From Atractiella rhizophila (Eukaryota): a DNA stretch of 53,850 nt. Of this stretch, positions 28,802 through 39,062 are shown piece by piece. Position numbers and translations under genes: made by a program. The stretch's first letter is position 1. The number at the start of each line of letters is the position of its first letter. The DNA is taken from assembly GCA_021432655.1 (NCBI GenBank), contig MU271488.1, forward strand, positions 1 through 53,850, given 5' to 3'. The notes beneath the pieces are model-generated. The model ran no database searches and was not told the DNA's origin. It worked only from the letters and a program-made list of their open reading frames with translations.

Positions 28802-31694
28802 TCACTCCTTTCCCTTCCGCCCTTTGTCTTTCTCCCTCTCCGCCTTGTTGATAACCTCGATCGCCCTCCTCTTCTTAGCCTCTCTTTTCTCCTCCGCATA
28901 TTTATACAACGCCGTCCTCAACGCCATGAGCTTCCGAAACTCGACATTATTCCACAATGTCTCCGCCACGGCTGCCAAGTTGTCCCCGTCATGACGCTTG
29001 AACACAGACGTGTCTCTCCATCCTTCCTTCGGGATGAACTTGGCCGGTAAACTTTCGCTGAGTTCCGTATTCTTCTCATCCGTCTCCAGCGCCATGGCGT
29101 CCTCCCCCCTCGCCTTTCTTTCCTCACACTCAGCATCCATGCTCTCCAGCTCCTTCTTCATCTCCACAGCCCAATTGAAGATGAGCTTCCAGTCCTTGTC
29201 GTAGCGTGCATATTCGGTGTCGTATTTTGCCTTGAACCGCTTGTAGTCGTTCTCGCTGTTGATTACGTAGGAATCTGGATCATGGGAACCGGAACCTGGC
29301 TTCCTCCTGGTTGGAGGAGGGCGCGCCGCACCGTCTTCGACGGACTTGAGGATTGGAGTGGAAGAGGATGAAGCTCGAGACTTTCCAATCTTGGATCTCT
29401 TCGGTACTTCTTCGCCATCCGAAGGCTGCACAAACCGCCTCTGCTTCTTCGACGTTAGCTGCTGTCCTTCGCCTTCATCACCGGACCAGTCTGGGGCGGC
29501 TCGCTTTTTTCCTTTCTCTTGTACCTTCTTGAGCTGCACCTTTTCCTTCTGAAGGTCTGCGCTCTCCTCGCTCTCCCCATGAGAGATCTTCTGCTTCTTC
29601 TTCCCCTTCTCAGCTTTCTCCATAGGAGTCGTGACTTCGCTATCGCGTGACCGTTTCTTATCTTTCGTGGATTTACCGCTTGGAAACGAGGAGAGAGAGG
29701 AAGCACTGGTACTCGGATTGGAGGAGGATGCTGCATTTGTCATCGGAACCGAAGCGATAGAAGCTGTAGCTGGAGAACCGGAGGACGCTTGTTGCATCGG
29801 TTTGGCGGTCGGATTGCGGTTTGAAGCTCTGGGTTTCGCGCCCGGAAGCTTGGAGAGATCTGAAGTACTGGGGAGAGGTAACTGCTTATTCTCAGCTCCC
29901 TTCTCCTTCTGATCCTCTCTCGATTCCTTCCCTTTCTTTTCCTTTTTTTCCTGTTCCCTCTCCACCTTCTCTCTCTCCTTCTCCTTCCTCCTCTCCCTCA
30001 TCTTCCTATCATTCTCCTCCAACTTGATCTCCGCTTCAGACATCACCCTCTGTTTCTCCTCCAACTCAAACTTCCTCCTCCTCAACTCTTCCTCCTTCTT
30101 TTCCTTCTCCCTTTTCTCAACCACAGCCTTCTCCTTCCTCTCAGCAACAGTAGCAGGCTTCTCCTTCTCTTGCTTCTCCTTCTTCTCAGCTACAGTCTTC
30201 TCTTTCTTTTCCTTTTCCTTTTCCTTCTCTTCCTTCTCTTCCTTCTCCTTCCCTCCACCACCCTTCGCCTTCCCAACCCCCTTCTTCGTCGCACCCTTGG
30301 GCAAAATATAATTCCTCCCTGCCGGCGCGGACCCAGCCTGGACGTTCGACCCACCAGCTTGTTTGCTGGAAGCAGAAGGGGTGGCAGTGGAAGTAGAAGT
30401 GTTCTTCATCTTCGAAACATCCTTCTGCACAGGGATCGCAGTCTGCATCGTGGTGTGCGGAGGTTCTGAAGTAGAGGAAAGGGGATGAGGAGGAGCTTCC
30501 GAATTCGGATTAGCAGAAGGAGGACGATGAATGGTGGTGTTGGAAGCAGGTAGTGATGGCTGTTTGTTGACGGGTGGAGTATTCGATTGTGGTCGGCGCG
30601 GAGGAGGATTCTGGGTTGAAGGAAGTGGAGCTTTAGAATTGAGTGTGGGAGTATTCGACTTCGATACGGCGTCTGGCCCTGCGTGAGAGTGAGAAGGAGT
30701 CGAGCGTCCGCTGCCCGACGCGTTCGAAGCGGTGGAGCCGCTCCTGGGTCGAGAGAGGGCGTGGGAGGCGAGTTGGTGTTGGTGTTGATCTTTGAGGGAT
30801 CGGGAAGGATTGTCGAATACGGATGGGAGGGACGAGCGGGGTTTTGCCCCGCCTTCGTGCGAGTGGATGATCTTGGATTGATGCGCCGCCGTCTTCGCTA
30901 CCATCTTCATTCCCTTGCTCTGAAACACGGATTTGGCGCCTCGTCGACTTTCGAGATGAGTGAGAGGGCGATCGAGGACTTGGATTCTACCCACTCATGA
31001 TATTAGTCCAACCGACATCCTCGGCGGCCGAGAAAAAGGTGAATGAGGAGAAGACGGACCTGTGACTCTCTTTCTCCTCCTTCAGCTTCTCATTCGCTGC
31101 CCGCGTTTGTGCTGCCGTCCGCTCATAATGTTCGGTGTTGAAATCCCTCTTGACTTGAAATGACTCCAGAGCCTTTCCTTCCCTGTATGCTTCTCCACTT
31201 AACGTCTCTGTCTCAGAGTCGGCGGGCCGGTAAAAGACGAGATGGTGCTGTTGGGCGCCGTTGGAGAGAAGTGCATGCGGCCCAGCAGTGGTGGAAGTTG
31301 GGATGTAAAGGTTGTTCTACCAGAAGAGGGAGGGTTAGAAACTGTTAGCATTGAGTGCCAGCAGGAAAGAGAGTATCAGGCGGTAAGCGAGATGATGTTT
31401 ATATATTCGTTTCTCAGCGCATTCTTTCAACAAGAATTCACACTCCCGAGCAGGACAGCTCTCCGCTCTCCAGAATCCCCCGTCGTACGTAACACGAGAG
31501 GAGTGGAAAGAACTTACCTCTCCCAAATCGACACCCATTCCTCTCATCGTGCCATCCTCCATAATCTCCCCATTCTTCATAGCCAGCGCCATGCTATCCA
31601 ACACGTCCAGGGTGAGAGAAAGATGGACCATAGGCGGCGGAGAGGCATTGCCGCCAGCCAAAGGGGTCGGGTTCAGGACTATCGTTTCTTCCAT
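28802..31694 (-). CDS. Low-complexity nuclear protein with a C-terminal occludin/ELL-like domain (putative ELL elongation factor)
   Basis: Short N-terminal exons (MEETIVL...), a 730-aa exon with P/S and K/E tracts, then INSENDYKRFKAKYDTEYARY, which resembles the ELL/occludin domain pattern. Confidence 0.6.
29900..30260 (-). repeat. Low-complexity K/E-coding purine tract
   Basis: Pyrimidine-only-like run on the plus strand encoding KEKEEKEEKEKEKEKK... on the minus strand. Confidence 0.85.
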
Positions 31695-32112
31695 CGCTAT
31701 TTGCACAGAATATCAGCGCTATATTATGCAGAGAGGCAAACAACGCACTGGAAGACATGTCATGGAACTGAGCTCAGAGAGCTGAGTACTGGATGGTTCA
31801 CAGTGATCGGAGATGCGGGTTCCGCTGTGCAAATTCGCCTCCTTTCCAAAAGAGAAATAAAGGTTGGGAACTGTGTTGCGAGTGGAATTGCGATGTGGGC
31901 GACTGCAGGTAATGCACAAAGTTGGCGAAAGTGAGTCTGTCGTGGATGTGTTTGTGCTCGGGTATATCATGTACAACAAGGGACATGGCGTTTGCCTGTT
32001 GTGGAAGTTAAATTTCGCACGTGATCTTCCTACAGAAGTGGTTTCCTGTTTGAACCGTTTACACACACTGTCAAGCGAGAGGCTCAATTGTATATTGAGG
32101 TGGAGGATTAAT

Positions 32113-34267
32113 ATGGCAACTGCAAGCCGTCGAGAAAAGGCGAGTCTCTTCTCTTCATAACATAGTATTGTTTTCGCGTTACTGTTTGCATCTGTGAGCA
32201 TTGCAGATGCCACAATATACAACATAACACTCTAACGCACGAACTGTATTCTTACCCAGCATTTTCTAGTTCAGGACAGAAACAGAATTTAATTTGCTGC
32301 TACTGTTTCTTCAAACCATCTTTCAGAACATCAGAACTATTATCCGTATTACTGTTTTAGCTGCATGTTCTACATCCCGACTAATCGACGCACACATGTT
32401 GAGAATAGTATACGGACGATGTATTTTGATTCATTCATTGGTAAATAAAGATATGTTTAAACACCAGAACTGAGGCGAATTCTTTCGTAGTTATGTCAGA
32501 AGATGAAGCGAAGTCTTAAAAGGATGTCAAGGTGTTAAATGGGAAAGTCTGATTTGTCGCAGAAACTGTTTTTTAATTTCGCGAATCTGAGAGTGTGTAT
32601 GAGCAACATAATGTTCTTCTGACTGGAAATCAATATTGCTCAACCTGACACGCTTCCCGCTCTTTGACAGGAGGGATGCCACACTCCTTATGAGAGCATG
32701 ATTAAGAGATACATTGCGAACATATCGCAATCATACATTCCACCTCCGTATCCTTCTATTCCTTCCAGCCTGGTGAACCTACGTTGTTAAGAGCTTTCAG
32801 TTTTAGACGTCTGCTGAATATCATTATCAAACCCCCACTTGCTTCGTGCTCCAATTTTTGTTAAAGTAGCTCAAATACCGATGGGTGCCTTTGGGCGTTT
32901 AATAATACAAATTTCTATCTTTCTCAGGTACATTCTGTTGATGTGCCCAGAAAGTTCCATTCTGAAAATCGCTTTCTTCCTTGCCCTTTCACGGACATCT
33001 TGTGCCTTTTACCAGATTTCTCCCTCTTATCTCCCTCACTCCTGTCGATAGATTTATCACAATGACTTTCACTCGACGAGCATTAGCAAAAAGACATATT
33101 GTCTTACAACTCCCTCTTCCCAATGGATCTATCTTCTCATTCGTGATGTTTTTTATAGGGCCTCCAAATCCACCGTCCTATCATTTACGGCAACACAGCC
33201 GTTCTCATCACTCCTGACGAGAAGCACTTATACGCACTTGACCACACACACAAATGGACTGTGGCCGTTCGAAGTGCAGCCTCGCCACCAGCACAAGCTG
33301 GCGAAGAGAGGGATCCGAGACATGAGGTTGGAGGGTACGACGACATTAGCCATTTCATCAAGCGGGTGACCTTCAAATTACACGACACCTACACCCAGCC
33401 TAATCGGCGTATGTCACTTCGTTCAATTTTCGTATTCGGAGACCAAGAATCCAGGAACTGACTGACGCTAATGGCAGACGTCGATAAACCCCCTTTTGAG
33501 GTAACGGAGACCGGATGGGGCGAGTTCGATATCCAGATTCGGATCCAGTTCACGCAAGAGAGCGGAGAGAAACCGATATCGTTCATGCATCACCTCAAAT
33601 TGCACGCCTGGAACTGGGATGCATTGACCATCAAGCCCTTACCTCTTACCCCTCCACCATCAGCAAAAGCGTTGGACGCCCCACCACCTGCAGAGGAACA
33701 GGAGACAAAACAGAATATAGAGGGAGAGACGAAAGAGGAAGAGAAACAAAAGGAAGGCGCGGACCCTAACCTCAGTTACCCTCCACCAGTTCAAACGCCA
33801 GTGCAGTACTCTTTTCTTTCATCTCGTTTCACGCTGCCTATATTTATTGATCCTATGTTAAGTTCCTGGCAATACGACGAGATTGTCTTCACTGACCCCA
33901 CCACTGCATTCTATCAAACACTCCTCGCAAATCAGCCAACACCACTCCCACGGCGCGTATGTCTCCTTTCCACCTTTTAGTCACAAAGATGCTAAGTCAA
34001 ACAATTGTTCAGGCACGCCATCCATGGCGGAAAACAGACCCTCCAATGGGCGCAGGTGGGAATATAGGTGAATTATCGATCGAAACCGAAGAAGAGGAGG
34101 CGGATAGACTCGATGAGGCGAGAGTGAAGATGAGGATCGAAATTGAGCGATTGAGAGAGAAGGTGATGGCGGTTGAGAAAGAGCTTGAATGTGCGTCACC
34201 TTCTACTGTACACGATGAGCAATACGCTGATAAACGGTTTGCAGCGCATGGATGGGGGGCAAAGTAG
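32113..34267 (+). CDS. YAF9: YEATS-domain protein Yaf9
   Basis: Exon 1 [13 protein letters not shown] intron 32140-33158, then [58 protein letters not shown] and a C-terminal coiled coil. Confidence 0.92.
32165..32333 (+). ncRNA. Candidate intronic H/ACA RNA with snR30/U17-like motifs
   Basis: Hairpin 32165-32218, H-box ACAACA at 32219, GTATTCTTA at 32246, AAACCAT at 32313, ACA at 32328. Imperfect match to the family. Confidence 0.3.
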
Positions 34268-34386
34268 AACTTGGCTTGTTACAGATTGTGTCAAATGTAC
34301 CATAGTATTACAGTATGCAAGTCGTGGAATGTTTTCATTAATTGACGCAAGCTAGACACGCCACTTTTGTCACTGAATCTAGACAG

Positions 34387-35672
34387 TTACATCTTTGCCA
34401 GACCACTTAAACTCCCCTTCTCAACCTCCAAGTACTCCTCGACTTTGGTGACAGCCTCCTTTGCTTGATTCGGGTACACACCTGCAGAATCCATCCGTTG
34501 TCAGGTACAGTTACGAGTCATAGCGAACATTTGAATGGCTCACGAATAACATTCCATCCCAGCTCTTGGGCAGCCTTCAGATTGCTACGATGTTTCGTTA
34601 ACCACAAAACATGAACCTGAGAATGAAACACACCCGCCAATATCATCGAGGAACAACATTTCGTTGCCTTCAACGCCAGCTACTTTCTGGGTGTGTTCAT
34701 AAATCCTCTTCTCAGGCTTTCTATAATCACACTCTCGTTAGCACGACGGACTTGGAAACAAATGCGGACGAGACATACCTCATTCCTACTTTCCAGCTTT
34801 CGACCATGAAATCAAACATCGCCTTCAAAGTTTCTCCCCTGACGTAGTTGTGCTCCATGAGGCTTTTGTCCAGGGATGGAGTCGATGAAGGGAGATGAAA
34901 GTTGTTTGTAAGCGCGGCGATTGTTACTTTCTTGTGCGATGGTAAACGTCTCAAAGATTGAAGCAGGTGTACGATCTCAGGAGAGGTGCTTGTCGTCGCA
35001 GAAAGGATGAGACCGAACAGCTGTTCTGTTCTCCATCAGCTTCGTATCCAATGGGTCTCCTCACGGCACACGAAAGGCAACACAAACCTTGCGTGAATCT
35101 ACCCTCGGAGCAGAAGCAGGAAGCGAGCCAGCATCACTGTTCCAGTTGTAAGCGACCATCCTAAAGGGATAGAGAACAAACAAACGGCGATGACTTTTGG
35201 TACGAAGTCCACACTTTTTGACCCCACAGCCAATCGTTCAGTTCGACCTGCCAGCCATCTAAAAAGTCTTCTAGCTCAATCTCGCCGCGTTCGAGCTTCT
35301 GCCAAACGCCAGTTGCACCTATACCCAAAGCAGTATGTCAATGACAGAAACTCCACAATGTGCCTAGTACACCAAAACAGTCTCTGTATATAAGCAGCAT
35401 ATTTGTAATAACCTCATCCACTACCAGGAGCTTTCTATGCAACGGCATATCATAAGAGCCTGTTAACCAATCACAGTTGTTGCTCGAGTGGCTTTCAAGC
35501 GGCAACATTTACAATACCCTAGCAAATTTCCAAAATACATACCTCTAGAACTGATCATGACATTCAGATACTGAGCTGGCATTCCCAGCTCCTTCGAATA
35601 TTGCACGATCGCGACAAGAGGCGAGCCAACAACCACACCTCCTACATCAAAAATCACAGCTTTAATCACCAT
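34387..35672 (-). CDS. HAD-superfamily hydrolase (epoxide hydrolase N-terminal / ACAD10-like), PTS1-like C-terminus
   Basis: IKAVIFDVGGVV, WQKLERGEI, AALTNNF, GMRKPE, LFLDDIG.NLKAAQELGW. Ends ...LAKM*. Confidence 0.9.
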
Positions 35673-36819
35673 TTTCTCGAGTCCCAGATAGAACGTTTTG
35701 CTTGAGAGCGCGATGCAATCCAGGGAAGTTCGCTTGAGTGATTATGAAGGTGTTGGGATGTTGCCTAGCCGGTTGAGAGACCGGATGCTGGCTGAGAATG
35801 CGGTAGAACTTCGATCAACCCAATTCGATCAACCACAAACAAGGGCTATTAATGTCTGATGCACTGTTTTAATGAAGGGAATAAACAGCAAAAGCTGGTA
35901 AATGGGAGGGAAGACGAACGCTTTTATGTGGAAGTGAGGGAATGGTGAATAACCGGACCTGTAAGGAGAATACAAGTGGCAATGTGAGTTACGATCCCGT
36001 TTGTGGGTATCAATCGTGGGTTTTGAAGGAGAGGGAGGAACGTGTCCATCATCTCCTTCGAGTGAGAGGAAGTTAACCGGCCTAGCTTAAAGCGAGATAC
36101 CGGTTGATTCGCTTGACCTAGCTGTTCCAATAGCTGGCTTCTCGTTTACCGGCTACTTAAGTAGCCTGCAAGCTGTTGCAAGGAAACGCGAGGGTTCAGG
36201 AAACTTGGGTCGAGGTGTGAGCTCAGCGTGTGGTGGAGAAGAAACGTTGAACTGCTGACTCAAGGGAGACCTGGTTCAGCTCAACAGTGGATGTGCTTGA
36301 ATGCGTTTGACTAAAAATACAGCGCTGGAGGTCCAAGATGTTAAAGATCGCTAGGAGAGCCTGCAGTAGAGCTTTGTTTGGCATCCAATGCCTCAAGGTT
36401 CTTGTTTGTAGTAAAATTACATGTCGTACATGTAGTGATCTAAGTTTGGCTGACAGGAGAAACAAGTTACCTCTGAGTGTGCTAAGTGGGATCACAAAAG
36501 TTGAGCACCAGGATAGCATGATCCTTCCATCTTGCAGGCATCCGTTGTTTGCGTTAGCGAAACGCAGAAGAAAATTTGCCTTGCAGGAGTGACCCGATGT
36601 CAATTTCGCTTTGACGATTAATTGCACAAAGTAATACAAGCTGCTCACTAGACGCTTGACTTTACAGCAGTCTAGATAAACAAAGCGAAATTTTATAAGC
36701 CTGGTGTACAGCAAACGTTCTTCTTCAAACGACAAAGTCAGCCTAAATCAATGATAATTCATTTTTTTGCTCCCGTTGACAACACTTGTTCAGCACGGAT
36801 GCTTTATGTTCGCGTCCAC

Positions 36820-39061
36820 TTCGAATCAGTCCAACGCAACGGTACTACGGTTGCCTATCGCTTGGCTCAAATCAAAAGTTCGCGGTCTGTTAATCTCGTC
36901 TCACATGCTATCTTAACCCTGCGAATGAATAGCGCCGTTTCGCTGGCCGGGACTCGATGAGCACAGATCCATCGATTGTAATACCACTCGAGTACCACTC
37001 CACTCCAGCGAAGTGGTGCTTTACGCCCGATCGATGCGAGTTAGATAATGCCAGCTATCTGGAGTTGCAGCTTCCATTTTTCTATAAATTTTCTCCCAAG
37101 GCATCGTAGAGTCAATGCTGTGTGGGGTACGACTGTGTGGTTCGAGGCATTTTGTTCTCTGTCAAGACAAAACGGTTCCAGGATTGTTTTGGTAAATACA
37201 TAAGCCCGACATGGGATGGGATAGGATAGGATGACAAGACAGTGGATGTGGTGGGTAAGTCAGTCTATGGCTGGCTTGCACGACGGATAGTGGGAGCACA
37301 GATCCTACGGAAATACATATGGTGGCACGTAATGGAATAGAGGAAAGAAACGGATCCCAAAAACTAATCAAGATGAACCGGCCCAACGTGAGCGTGTTTT
37401 ATTTTGCCCCTGAAAGGGAACTCCATTAAAGTGAAGAAACGATAACTCGCGACGTTAATGCTTGGTCAGGCGACTACGACAGGCTCCGTGGTGACCTATG
37501 ATGTGAATGTTAAAACAAGGCATGAAAGATGGTAGGAAAAAGACTGACAAGCGACGTCAGGAGAAACAGAAGTGACGATCAGGAATCCACTGTCCTTCCA
37601 CTTCGGAAGGTCCCTAACGTTTGGCCGCCCAAAGCGGGTTATGTCTACCATAGTGGGTATTTGGCAGTCGATGACATGTGCCTGGACGGCGGAAGGGAGG
37701 CAAGGTTTGAGGTGAGGATTGAGGGGTAAGATGCGCTGGGTCACCACTTCGCTCGTCCCGTCCGCATAGGTCAAGTACTGGAACGCATTTCCGAGTAAAA
37801 GTTCCTTAGCGTGGGTTCCCCAGTCGTTCCTGCAACAACACCCATGCCATCCCATCAGCCAGATCGAACGATAAATAGACGACGCAGGGTGGACTCGGAC
37901 GAAAGGAAGGAAGGGAGACGAACCGACTGTGGATCGTGATGCTAGCTCTCGAAGGGTCGGCAGCAAGTTTGTTAGCGTGCTCGATATCTCGGTGTCTGTC
38001 GTGCACGTATCCGTGGCGCTATACACATCATCCGGGACGCGCCGATGAGCCCAGAAAACATCTGTGCATGGACAATTGAGACGACGTACGCTAACTGCGA
38101 CCCACTACATCCAAATTCCAAAATCAGGACGATGGAATCGAGAATTGAGGGGAAGAAAGGAAGCATACGTGAGCAGTCTCATGTACGATGCAAGCGAAAG
38201 CGAAATAAGCCGCGAAACACCTCGTTTCCTCATCGTCTCCAGCCTCTATCGCATCCTTCAAAATTTGGTGAATCGTCCAGGGGACGAAGACAGAATCGTA
38301 AGGGTCGACTGGAGAATTGGAAGCTGTCGTCGTGATGCTCTTTCCGGCAGAATGGATGCTATTTCCGTCCGAATCTACCCTGGCAAACAGTCCATACGGC
38401 TTCATGGTGCCTGTCAAGGAGATGCGATGTGCGAGAACGCGACAGAAGAGAGGATAACATTCAGATATCAAACTTGATTCGGGGAGTAGGAGACTCACCT
38501 TGAGCGAGCACTACCTTCGGTGGTGATTGAAACATGTTCTTCACCGCTGCATCGAGCTGATTATCCATCAAATAATCCGACATCCCGCCAGCAGGCTCTT
38601 GGCCCATGAACGCAGTCGCGTAGGCATAGCGTGCTTCAACAGCAGAGGAGTGATCCGACCCAAGGAAAGAGTAGAAACGTTGCTGTCAACTCTGTCAACA
38701 AACTTGAAAAGCAAGACTGTTAGGACGATTGGACTTACAGCGATGCCTGCGACGGGACTGTCCACCCACCGAAAGTTGACGAAGTCTCGGGAAGCAAGAA
38801 GCTTTCCTGGTCTTGGAGCGGAGCTGATCATACTGCTTGGGGCTTGGAAGCTTGAAGTGATGAGGAATAGAGTGATTGGAGAGATCTCGAGAGGGAGCGC
38901 GCAGGAAGCGTTGGGTTAAATAAGGGGCAGATCCCGAAACCCTGGAGGAAGGGATTTTGAAAGAGAACCATGAGGGTTACGGGATCAAACTTAGGGGCTT
39001 TCAACGCCCATTTAAGGATCTGGAAACCAGAGCGCTGAACTGAGGAGCACCACTGAGCATG
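36820..39061 (+). repeat. Copy 1 of a 2.24-kb tandem duplication
   Basis: Nearly identical to 39063-41303. Confidence 0.97.
37455..38831 (-). CDS. HExxH-motif protein (putative zincin-like metallopeptidase), copy 1
   Basis: Spliced model MISSAPRPG...QRFYSFLG...FAFACIVHETAHW...NDWGTHAKELLLGN. Coding differences to copy 2 are synonymous in this frame. 3' end is uncertain. Confidence 0.7.
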
Positions 39062-39062
39062 A

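Noticed and set aside
32541..32810. GGGAAAGTCTGA resembling RNase P RNA CR-I
   Set aside because: No convincing CR-V partner (only TTAGAC in the wrong context).
32997..33018. TGCCTTTTACCAGA resembling U5 snRNA loop I
   Set aside because: The closing stem is offset by two nucleotides, and there is no extended U5 stem or downstream Sm site.
32948..33131. GAAAGTTCCA ... CAATGGATCTA resembling RNase MRP P4
   Set aside because: Mismatched P4, no GARAR motif or clear P1/P2, and it overlaps the intron 3' signals.
32140..33158. Telomerase RNA in the YAF9 intron (length, Sm-like site)
   Set aside because: No CCCTAA-type template was found. It cannot be supported without knowing the telomere repeat.
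35700..36819. Short ORFs or transposon remnant
   Set aside because: No transposase or RT motifs, terminal repeats or coherent gene model were seen.
38045..38919. Plus-strand ORFs in the tandem duplication
   Set aside because: They are antisense shadows. Copy 2 has a stop in one of them, while the minus-strand model keeps only silent changes.
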